Of a DNA stretch of 64,000 nucleotides, positions 1 through 11,300 are shown one piece after another (within the stretch, counting starts at the first letter, position 1; each line of letters begins with the position of its first letter). The DNA is from Azolla caroliniana. Taxonomy: Eukaryota > Plantae > Polypodiophyta. A model generated the notes under the pieces. It searched no databases. It had not been told where the DNA came from and was given only the letters and a program-made list of their open reading frames with translations. The position numbers and the translations under genes were made by a program. Location of the stretch: the NCBI GenBank assembly GCA_043228905.1, contig JBHGNT010000008.1, positions 19,158,001-19,222,000 of the forward strand, given 5' to 3'.

Positions 1-387
1 AGACACACATCAAGAAAACTTGTGTACTTTGGTTCCATGGGCCAATATTGGCCTCTCTTTTAGAAAATATCACGTCTATTCAAGGGGCTTAGGAAGAAGT
101 ATAAATATGAGGCCTATCTACCCTCATAAGACACATTATGTTGGAATGTTGAAGTCTTGAGACGCTCTTGGTGTGGGGTGGGCTTTCGTCTTGACGATTG
201 TGTTACCTATTCCAAGGTACTAGGCATCCCAATATCCATCAGCTATGGGACGTCAATGGTAGGCCGGTTATGTCTTTATCATAGCTTAGGGGTGGTTGTG
301 AGGAAGAGGTTCTTCCATCCAATCTATTCACCTTTCTTTTACTTTAATGTGGTTTATTGATTAGTAATAGTCTATAGACTCTTACCA
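1..387 (+). mobile_element. 3' part of an LTR (solo or 3' LTR), related to the LTR at 43782-44232
   Basis: Shares TATAAATATGAGGCCTA-CTACCCTCAT and a TATGGGACG motif with 43782-44232. Ends ...CTCTTACCA (compare ...CTCTAACA). No PBS follows. Confidence 0.6.
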
Positions 388-394
388 CGTAGGC

Positions 395-560
395 CCCAAC
401 CATTGTCATCAAAATAAAAAAAAGGCTAATATCTCTTGTCACCGCAGGTGCGTCCCTTACGTCCGAGACCTTTGCTTATGCTAGAGATCTTTCGAAGACA
501 AAAAAAAGTACAATATATGTACATCTGACTCTAGAATCTTAAATCATATTTCTACGCACG
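395..560 (+). mobile_element. Copy of dispersed short retroposon-like repeat (family B)
   Basis: Similar to 23670-23800 (TATGCTAGAGAT..TTCGAAGACAAA...GAATCTTA) and to the reverse complement of 19070-19230. Confidence 0.55.
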
Positions 561-640
561 TTTTAAAAAAAAATTCAATTACAGTTTGTTGTTCTCAAAG
601 ATGAGACAATATTTTACGACGTAATCTTTTGTTACAGGAC

Positions 641-677
641 ATATATACATATATGTACATATATATATATATACGCG

Positions 678-709
<32 letters not shown>

Positions 710-780
710 CAGGACATATATACATATATGTATATGTATATGTATGTATGTATGTATATGTATGTATGTATGTATGTGTA
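641..780. repeat. (TA)n/(TATG)n microsatellite upstream of the LYR gene
   Basis: Directly visible. Confidence 0.9.
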
Positions 781-843
781 ATTGAAGCAGCCCTTTTCTT
801 CTTCTGTGTTGGTTTCTTTGATCTACGAGAGCGATGAGAAGAG

Positions 844-1403
844 ATGAGGGGTTCCGGCAGCAGTAGTAGTAAGGCTGCTTCAGAGTTTCGTCTCTTCCTG
901 CTTCGATCGCACGCGCTTGGCCTCTATCGATCTGCACTCAGGGATGCGCGTCGAGCTCCTCAACCTTCTCGTGGTGAGTCTTAGAGAGAGAGAGAGAGAG
1001 AGAGATGAAATGTTTATGTCCATATCTTCCTCTGGAAAGCCCGAAAGAATGAACCAGGAAACCTAAGGGTGTGCATATGTGTGAGAGAGATATGCTCTTA
1101 ACATCCAAAAGAGACTAATGGCGATCTATGGGATAGGGCTGAGCCCATTTCTAGTGTTGAACTTTTGTGTTCTTATAGTATTAACATCTTCAAAAGCCCG
1201 GAAAGAATGATCCACGAGACCAAAGAATGCACATTTGAGAGAGAGATTTGATGTTATGTTAACATCCTCAAAAACCTCAAAAGAATAATCAATGAGACCA
1301 AAGAAATTAGCTGAGAGAGAGAGAGAGAGATCTGATGCCATATTGCTATATTAACATCTCCAAACAGCCTCCAAAAAATGGCCTTTGGGACCAATTAAAT
1401 TTG

Positions 1404-1465
<62 letters not shown>

Positions 1466-4055
1466 CGAAATTTTATTATCATCCTTGGAGGTCAAATATG
1501 ATGTATGTGACCAAAAGTGAAGCACTTTCATATAATGTGTGGAATTGAATAATGATTGTTGTTGTTTAAGAATTTTACTATTGAACGTTGCAATGCATAG
1601 TACACATTGTGATTGTGAGAGGAATGTATGGAAAGTGGGTTAGTTTAATAATGTGTAAAACAAATTCAAATATTTATGCTTGTAAGTGGGGATAGCACAT
1701 TCATTCAATCTATGAATGAAGGGAAACTCAAGCCTGAGATATTTGAAGCTTTCTACAGTTTCAGGGGGCTCGTTACTGTGCACAATATATGATTTATCCT
1801 TATTTTGAGTCTTTATGAACATAACCTTTTGGAGTTATTGACACTCAACTCACAATGCATGCCAAAGTTTTCTAATATGCTCATAACGTTTTGGCACTCT
1901 AAAGTATTTCCAAAAGGCACCATATCATCTGATTCTAAGAAAAGCACGATAACCACATTCCTATTGGTGGTTTCTTCAAGGTTTTGTTGCTTTACAAAGT
2001 CATTGACCATTTACTCTGATTCATCAATGCATAAACCAACAAAGATGGTTAGTGAGAGTGGGCATCCTTGCAAGAAGAAAGAAAGCATTTGTTAATGCAA
2101 GGAAATTTTAGAAATTGGAAGTATATATTCACTTGATACCCCAAGTTCATCCATGCATCTCCAAAGATGCTCACATGGCAGTATATCAAAACCTTTCTTG
2201 AAGTTTACAACTTATCAATGTAATCCTTTACCTTTCAAACAACTTTCCTTCTTATACATGGCACTTTGGTGTTTTTGAGAACTGGTTCTTGTTAAGTCTT
2301 CTCACCATTCTTTTCAGCCATTTACCTATCTTAGTGCCCATTACACTTTCAAATAACTTTGCCATAAGAGAATTGAAATTGTTTGTCTGTTCCTTTATAT
2401 AAAGGTTGATCCAACTTGTACACCAATTGAGGCATATCATGTTGCAATGCACAAATAAACATATCCTCATTTCCCATCCACTTGAGCATTTCGGTCTTGA
2501 TACCTTGATGATCTCTTGCCTTATGGATGGTCAATTTCTGAAGCCGTATCCATATCTCCTCAATAGTAAAGTATAAAGGCATGAGTAAAAGAGAACCATA
2601 AGGCATACCTTTCCTACATTTGATTGCTCATATAAGTTCTTGCAATGGATACCCAAATCTATAAGAGTTAAGTTACCATAATTCTTAGCATGTTTCTCCT
2701 TAATGTTTCTCTAAAAAATTTGCTACATGCATTTTGCTTTATCTTGGGTGTGGAGAAATTGTTGATTAACTTCCCATATATTGTCTCCTTTGTTAAATAA
2801 GTTTTCTTTTTGTGCATGTAGATACTTTTTATGGTTTTCCTGTTTTTTTACTAAAGTCCTAAAGTACTTTTGAGCTTCCAAGCATTCCTTACTAAATCAT
2901 TTTTTTCTTGAGCAACACTTAGTGATGCTTTGCAAGGCATATGCTTAACCAAAAAACAGTTCTTTGTGCATGAAAAAATAACTTTCTTGAAACCTTTGCA
3001 TTTGTATTCTAATGTTACACCATTTTGAAACTTTGTTTTTTGTAACATATCCGCGACCATTTCAGATTACATGGGTGCTCTTTTAAAGGCTGTGCATAAA
3101 TGTGTTTGTCTTGCACTACAGCTGGTTGAACTTCAAGTACTCTAATCCTTTCATACATTTAAGACTTGTGATGTGACTTCGGAGCTCATTGGCCAAGAGA
3201 AAATTTATGTATGTGATCCAAGATACCTTCAGAGAGTAGCATATAGTTGATTACACTATTTCCATCATGTTTCACATTCCATAAAGATACACCATTTGCA
3301 ATAAGCATTCCAATACTCTTGCTTGTTAGTAGAAGTAACTTTCCATACTGTCTCGACTAGTTTACCGTTATTTTTTCAACAGGTAAAAACATCAGTCCCA
3401 TTCCATAAAGATAACACCATTTGCAATAAATATTCCAGTACTATTGCACGTTTGTATGCATAACTTTCCAGCTGCAAGTCCTATGGTTCAATTCCGGAGT
3501 CCATTGGCAAAGTGAAATATACCTTGTGAAAATAATATATAATCGGTCACCCTATTTCCATTATGTTTTCTACATGTACTACATAGGTGACATTCCATAA
3601 AGATATATCATTTACATTTAAGTATTCCAATACTATTGAACGTCGATAAAAGTTACGTTCCATTTTGTCTCAGCTAGTTTTCATCCATAGAAGAATGAGC
3701 ATGCATTGCACCCTTGAGGTATGCAACATGAAATATTGTTTTGCATCATGTTGTAAAATTCGTTATGGGCATTCATGACACCAAAGACTATAGCTCTCCC
3801 TTGGCTTTTAAGTAAGCAATGTTATCTTCGAGATTGACAAATTGGTCTCTTTCAAAACAAACATAAAAATTAGAATCATGATAAGGACTTAGAGAGAGAG
3901 ACTTGTTATTTTAAGCTGAATTGGAGCGTACCATACGGGAGGAGATGGAACGAAATCGTAAAACACAAGATCCCGATGCAATCCGGTTCTTGATAAGTGA
4001 AGGAAAACAAAGGCTGAAAGAGCTCCATGTCATGCTCAACAACCAAGGTTGCTAA
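844..4055 (+). CDS. LYR motif-containing protein (Complex1_LYR family, LYRM2-like), 89 aa, 2 exons: 844-973, 3916-4055
   Basis: Spliced translation MRGSGSSSSKAASEFRLFLLRSHALGLYRSALRDARRAPQPSR/AELERTIREEMERNRKTQDPDAIRFLISEGKQRLKELHVMLNNQGC*. GTGAGT donor, TTTTAAG acceptor, phase-1 intron in frame. LYR motif and 'IRFLISEG' are as in plant LYRM2-like proteins. Confidence 0.9.
983..3700 (-). mobile_element. Degenerate antisense LINE(s) and stacked retroposon 3' ends filling the LYR intron
   Basis: Minus-strand RT-like remnants (VIVLFLESDDMVPFG; KLTIHKARDHQGIKTEMLKW; SLMAKLFESVM). Family-A 3' end GGAGGTCAAATATGA at ~1487 next to (AG)n. Confidence 0.7.
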
Positions 4056-4869
4056 CATGAGGAATGCCTTTTTGCTTAGAACAGGCAAGAAATTTCAGTC
4101 TTTGAACATATTTTGTGATTTCCAAATATTTTCTTTTATGTAAACTCACTTGGATGTGAATTATTTATGGCATTTTGCAAGTAATCAACGTTGCTTAAGT
4201 TTGCTATTGCGTTTACAGAGGTTGGACACCAGCCATTACAATTATTGGCTTTCCCACAGTAATCTTGAAGGTCAAGTTATCTGCATTGTCTATTCAGATG
4301 TTGTTTGATGCTTTGGCTTGCATTGGAATTCAGATGTGAGAAATGATTATTGTTAGACTCATTGTAAAGAAACATTTAACCTATTAGATACAAGGAAAAA
4401 ATGTGTTGTCTCATTAGGAAACAAAATTTGTACTTTAGTTTATTATAGATATAGAGACTTCAAGATGAGATATATTTGTATTTAACATTTTTGCCTAAAA
4501 ATGAACTTGTGAAATTTTATGCTCTATCTAATCCATTTAGGGTATATAATGTGTATACATAGTATTTTTGAAACATTGAACATATGGGAAGACCTATTGG
4601 AAATTCAACATTCATTTCAACATGAAGACCTTAAAACCATGCTAAATCATCATGATAATAGTAGAACCAAATTGCATGTTCAATGATCAATTTATTTTAA
4701 GCACTGTTAAAATCTCTGTGGCTATGCCTATTAGTTAGTGTGATTTCCCATGTGGGACACAGGATGAAAGGAAATGACCACAAATTGTCTTGTAAGCATT
4801 TGCAGCTAGATTATTTGATGGTTGTTGACAGTTGTTGAACATTCAAAAGTATTGGTGTTTGAGCTACTA

Positions 4870-5165
4870 TCCATTTTTAGCATTAGGACCTTGCTGCCAT
4901 AAATTCTGTTTTGTCCTTGCTTTATCCAAATTCTGATTTTCTAATTGATAACAATTTGATGCGAGGTACTTTCCATTTTGAGTATTAGGACCTAGCCCCA
5001 TAAATTCTTTATTATCATTTGCTTTATCTAAATTCTGATTTTCTAATTGACAATGATTGATGTTTGAGGTACTAACTATCGATTTCCAGTAATAGAACCT
5101 GGCTCCCATAAATTCGTTGTTGTGATTTGCGTTATCCAAATTCTCATTTTCTAATTGACAAGGAC
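4870..5165. repeat. ~3 degenerate tandem copies of a ~105-bp unit
   Basis: Core CCATAAATTC...TTATCCAAATTCTGATTTTCTAATTGA recurs at ~4922, ~5023 and ~5132. Confidence 0.75.
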
Positions 5166-6512
5166 AATTGGTAGTAGGATGCACGACATTTCTTGTATCC
5201 TAATCACAAAAGTGGTGAATTTTGTAGAAGGATGTTTAGGCAATTTGCATTATAGTGAAGAGTCAATATATATATAACCTACCATGAATGATGAAGAAAA
5301 TGGTCACCCTTTGACTTGCATGCTCTCTTCTCTATATAAAGACGTTCTAACTACCATAAAATATGTAACTATTGTGAACTTGTTCTCTAAAGCCTATATA
5401 AAGATGTAACTACACCATTAATCATATAACTGTTGTGATCTTGGTCAACTGCAATTTGATACAACATATATTCATATTGAAGTAGAGTTGTGTAATTGTG
5501 CCATATCAATTGTTAGATTGATGTTTTTTGTGCCCTCTCATCCACATAGGAGATGTTCATGCCACATGGATAAATCTTTAAAAATGTCAACACCATCATT
5601 TGTTGGAAAACATATAGAGTGACTCATGTCTAAGGCATTGTCCATACAAATCCTATCATGACCTAATTTATTGATGCCACTTGATAAGTTGATAGCATGA
5701 CAATGCTATAATGCAAACAAATATGATAGATGAGTTCATAATTTGTCTAGTCTAGGGTCAAACTTCAAAGGTAGCTTTTGGATGCACATTTCTAATAACC
5801 AATTGTTGGAACAAGCATTAAACAAAATTAAAAACAAAAGCTACCCCAATATAAGAGCATATGTATGGTATATTTGATCATGGTTGGGACCTCTACTTGC
5901 TTAATGATATTAGAAGACATGATGCATTATGATGTGCATTGTACATGTTAATCATAACTCGTGTTGGAAAGGCCAAGAGGCTTGAGCCCAATACCCTTGT
6001 TTCTACTAGGGACAAGGTCAAGCTAGGACATTCTATAGAGCCAAAGGGACTCTATCTTCTTTCAAAATCCTTCATCTTGTGTGGCATTACCCCCCCCCCC
6101 CCCCCCCTAGCAATGACTTCTAAATGTTGTCATCTTTAGTATTTGAATATTGTTTATGGAACAATTGAACCTTAACCGAATCATTTTGAAGTGTGGACCC
6201 AAATTTCCAGTACATTTGTTGATATAGCCTTTCTAATTTAACTAAATTTGTGAGCCTAGAATCGAGAATCGTCTCATGTATTGATGTCTACTTGCCTACA
6301 CAAGATTTAGTAAAAGAAAATATCAATGGGGTGGTTAAGAGGTTAAAGTGCAACTTTGTTAACGTCAACCATGTCAAACCCTTAGAGAGCTATATGGTAA
6401 CAATTGACATTGGCTTTGGCATTTATAGAAGATTTTGAAAGGAAATTGAAATTGATCGACGGAAAATAATGTTGATCACTCTTTGAAATCAAATAGTCAT
6501 TTCCTAAGTTCA

Positions 6513-6637
6513 TTACACTTTATAAAGTAATTATACACTCAAATCAACAAGCCCTATTTGCCAAAGATGGAAGAAATGGACCTGAACTAGCCCTATTTAC
6601 CAAATATTTGAGTGTATAATTACTTTATAAATTGTAA
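6513..6637. mobile_element. Small MITE-like foldback with 32-bp inverted repeats
   Basis: TTACACTTTATAAAGTAATTATACACTCAAAT (6513-6544) versus ATTTGAGTGTATAATTACTTTATAAATTGTAA (6606-6637), 1 mismatch. Confidence 0.65.
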
Positions 6638-7421
6638 TTTTTCGGACAATAGGGGTACTTTGGTAAATTTGGAACTTCCAGGGGCATTCTGGTAAATAGA
6701 CGAATTTCCAGGGGTATCCTGGTACTTTTCCCTAATATCAATTACAATTGTAATTATTTTTGTAGCATCAAATTTGCATTGGTTAAACCATAATACTTTT
6801 CTTCAATCTACAGCTTAGTAAGTGGGAAAAGTAAAGGTGAATTTTCTAGGTAACGTCAATATACTACAAACTCCAAACCATTTAAAGGAATAAATAAAAT
6901 ACTATGTCAAGGATTGAAGCCAAAAACAATATTAGATTGGAAAGGGAAATAAGGAAGAACAATTTGAATTACAGGCAAGAAGAACAAGAGTTACAAGGTT
7001 ATGTCAAATATTGGTGTTTAACCATGATGGCTTGACAACATTGAGATATTCCCTACATATAACACTCCTGAGTCCTAGCATTATGGATGCCTGCCACTTG
7101 GAAATCATGCATAACTATCGCGTACTATGTTACAATAACCATCATGTAGAGTGTCACAATAATGTGAGCATATACCATACTAAATATCATATTGATTATC
7201 TTCTACTCTACGATAATGTTAAGAGTTAAAGTCAGAGGTGCACAATGAGGTCATGGGTTTATGTCCCCTAAAACTTGGGATATCTTCTTATTTATCTTGT
7301 AATAAATTTTCTAATCCGAAAAAAAAAAGTTATTCTTGGCCTTAGTCTTTCATAGGGTTGAATTGGGGATTGTTCTGATATTATGATTTTTTTTTATGAT
7401 TAAACCCGCTACTATACGTGC

Positions 7422-7736
7422 TAGGAATCGACAATGGTTCAATTTCGGCTTCATCGATTTGGCCTTGTTCAAACCAAACTGGTTTAGGCTAAACCAGTTT
7501 GGGAGTTTCCAAACCTAGACCAAACCGGTTCCTAAACCAATTTGGCGAAGGCGATTAAGCCTTAACCCGGCTTGGAAACCGGTTTGGCCCAAATTAGTTT
7601 TGTTCAGTTTGAGCCATCCCAAACCGGTTAAGGAAGCTCAAGCTCAAGCCTAAACCGAACCGAACCAAACTAACTAACCGTTTAAAAACGGTTTAACGGT
7701 TTGGTTTAGGCTTGAGCCGAGTCATTGTTGATTCTA
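7422..7736. mobile_element. hAT-type MITE
   Basis: Imperfect TIRs TAGGAATCGACAATG / CATTGTTGATTCTA, many AAACCG/CGGTTT subterminal repeats, degenerate 8-bp TSD ATACGTGC/TTACGAGC. Confidence 0.7.
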
Positions 7737-7841
7737 TTACGAGCTTCACTAAGAGAGCTATTTCTAATATTATGCAAAAGGTGAGGCCCATATTTCAAAT
7801 ATTAAGAAAAATGTGAGGCCTCTTTCTAATATTATGCAAAA

Positions 7842-8045
7842 CATAGTTCGCAATGCATTGGCAAACATTTCTTTTTTCATACGAATGAAAACGAATACGT
7901 ATGTTATCAAAACATTCTTATGTTTTTTTTTACACTTTCTACCTTATAATAAAAAATAATGGATACAAAAGTATGGTATTTACCATAGATTTCGAGGATG
8001 TTTACCATACGCGAATGCGAATGCACGTATGGTGCAAAATATACT
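7842..8045 (+). mobile_element. Non-autonomous hAT-like element, same family as 24880-25141
   Basis: Highly similar over ~190 bp (GCATTGGCAAACATT...CGTATGTTATCAAAACATTCTTATG...TTTACCATAC). Begins CATAGT. Confidence 0.65.
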
Positions 8046-8323
8046 CTAGTAGCAAATTTACATGAAACCAGAAAAGGCGTGCAAACACAGTAGAAGCGAC
8101 TGGAGACGAGACACAGATACAGTCACAGTCACAGATCGAGATCAAGATCAAGATCGAGATCGAGATCGAGAACGATCCATGGTAGCTTGTGGTTCACCAG
8201 AAGATATCTTCCCTATACACGGTTTGATAGAGAAGATACTGGCATACAGATGCCGTGCCATATCTCTGGTAGCCATACCTTCTGATTAGGCCTCCTTTTT
8301 TCTTTTGGCAAAGAAGGAACAGG

Positions 8324-11300
8324 ATGTATATCGCTTATGGATGGCCCAAGCTTCTCTCCACAGCATCCCCTTCTCCTGAAGACGTCGTTGTTTATCTTAG
8401 AGCTTCCAGTGGCCTCCTCCTTCTCGTCTCTTCATCGCATCTTGAAGTGTGGAGCACTTTACAGGTTTATTTCCTCTTAATTATATTATATTATTTTCTT
8501 CCTTACCCGCGACCTCTTTGGGCATGTATTCTGTGTTGCAAATCCCTTTTCAGTAATTGATCTCATGAGAATAGGTATATTAATTGATCAGATCTGACCT
8601 CTGGTTTCAAATTAGCTAGCTCCACTTGTCCATCTCAGGTGAAATCTTAGCCAGGACAAAGCAATTCCATTTTTATCCTTATCAGGGAAATGCTTCATTT
8701 TTGGGAACTAGAAATTTGAATAAACATGGTCTTTGTGCTTGTTTCATGGGAAAAGCATTCATTTTTAGAACTAGACGAGATAAGGTTCAAGCCATAGATG
8801 CACTTCGTTCATCTCAGGAAAAGGACTCCTTTTGGAAGACTAGGTTTAAAGAATGATAAAGATGGTTTTTTGGTGGAGCTCCATTTTGTTCATCTTGGGA
8901 AAATTGTTTCTTTTTCTGGAACTAGAGTTAAGAACTAGAGTTTTATAATCCATACAATTGTCTTTTATGGCAGAAGTTTCTGGTTAAAATTTCCATATGA
9001 AGGACATGTGTCCCTTGTGCACCTGGTTCATAACAATCCATTTACAGCGGTGGAGGGGATTCATGGCTTCTAATGCTACTATTATCTCTTCCACCATTCC
9101 TCAATTTCCCAAAGAGTTTATTCTAGATGGAACTAACTATCTAGAGTCGGAATTGCATATGATGACCAAGCTGCAATACCATCGTTTCTGGAATATTGTA
9201 AAAGGAACGGAGCCCCTCTTAAGGCTAATATTATTTTATCTTCAACACCCACTCAAGGTGCCTTGGAATTCTTCATTGATGATGAGTTTAAGGCTGCATT
9301 TTTGCTTTGTGCGCTGCTAGAGAACTAGGATATCTTCAGGACTGCAATGAGCAATTCTAATGTGATGTTTTTGTACCATGTAGAGAGTTTTCTACACATG
9401 GAAGAGATTAAGTCCTCCAGTGCTTCGTATACTAGGGGCATGTCACAATAGAGAGGCAAATCTGATAGCAAAGGCCGCAATTAATTGCATGGCAAAGATG
9501 TAGAATGCCATCATTGTGGCAAGAAGGGTCGCTTTAAACATGACTGCCACAAATGGAAGGAAAAGAAAGGGAAGGGCAAGATGATAGATGATAGCAAATA
9601 TGAGATGAAATATAGTCAACCTAAGAATAGTGTTAAAACTATGGAGGTGAATGTAGTCATTCATGACAGTGATAATGGGAATGATGTACTCTTTGTATCT
9701 TCATGCTTCAATGCACATTCTTTACTTGCAAATAAGGATGGTGACATGCACACTTGGATTCTTGATTCAAGTGCTTTTCACATCACTCCTCATCGTGAGT
9801 GGTTTTCTGACTACACAAGGGGTCGACATGATTTTACCCATCTCGGGGACAACTGTACATTCGGTGTTGTGCATATTGACACTAGGAAGTTGCGGTTTTA
9901 GTATGGTTCTGTCCTCACACTTCAGCATGTACAACATGTACTTCAACTCAAAGTAGGATTAGCACAAGTCAATTAGATGACAATGGATTTTACACCACCT
10001 TTTGTGATGGGAAATGGAAGATCTATAAGAGATCTAGAGTTATTGCTAGGGGTTGTAACAATGATTCCTTGTGTCGTCTCCATGTATCGAATGTGAGTGA
10101 CGATGTTGTTGCCATAATACAGCAACCAAGTGTTTCTTGTAATTTAAGAATGTGATCACATGGATAAAGAAAAGGATCATCAAGATCTAGCCCATACAAA
10201 TTGTAGTAGTTGGATTCTTTATGAGAAATGTAACAACATACCCCATAAAGTTTATCTTTACATAATGTTACTTCAACCACCCACGTATATATTTTTTGTA
10301 TTCATTATACTTACATGCTCGTGTGTAGCTTTCCTAGCCCTCATTATAAATACATGCCACTCTTGCTTGCCCAATATTAATTCTAGTGTGGGGCCATATA
10401 GGTTTCATGATGTAGTCATCAATATTACATATATGCTTGGCTTCATGTTCCCAAGTTTCAATCAGAAATATAATCACAAGCCTTTATTTGACTTGAGAAT
10501 CTTACATGCATATATGATGAGATTCTTTAATTATGTCTTAATTCTAATTCTATTTACTTTTTTACCTAGTCATGTTTATTTTGGTCGGTTGGTTCTCATA
10601 GATGAGGCAACATTTTAAGATGTGATCTCTTGTTTGCTCTTATAGGCCATTTTGGCCTCGTAAAAGATGTATATATATATATATATTTCTTTCTTTCTCA
10701 TACACACAATACAACACCCGTACTCGCCTACATTCTAGGATTATACATAGCCCTATATCTTCACAATATATGAGTGTGAGGATGAATCAAGAAATAGTCT
10801 AAACCTACTTTGCTGGCATTTGGGATTTGTGATAAACTCACACAATAGGTTTAAGCAAAAGGTGGAGTAAATGAAGGAAATGAGCTAATTAATGAACACT
10901 ACAGATAGATAGATAGATTATATTATCGTCTTCGGAGGTCAAATATGACCTATGAGACCAAAAATATTACATTTCATGTGATACGTGTGAAAGTGAGTAG
11001 TGACTCTCGATGTTCAAGAACTTTACCAATGAATGTTGCAATTGAGAGTGCACATTGTGGTTGTGAGAGGAATTCATGCAAGGATTGGGCTCGGTCGAAG
11101 AGATGTGGAAAGCATGGTCGAATATCATTAAAGGCAGAGCATTGTATCAAAGTGTGATACTCATTCGCGAACTTGTTCAGGGCAAAGTGTGCATAACCAA
11201 CCACTCTCATTACTTGTGCCCCAACGCCCTATCTCACATCGCAATGCATGTGAGCTAAGTCGCATGGAAGCAATGGTTTGAATGGCAGATAGCGGTATGG

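Noticed and set aside
632-937. 101-aa minus-strand ORF with HIHTY repeats
   Set aside because: Translation of a microsatellite plus the antisense strand of LYR exon 1.
10160-10618. 152-aa hydrophobic ORF in RIC1 intron 1
   Set aside because: AT-rich, no recognisable motif, lies between TE remnants; likely chance.
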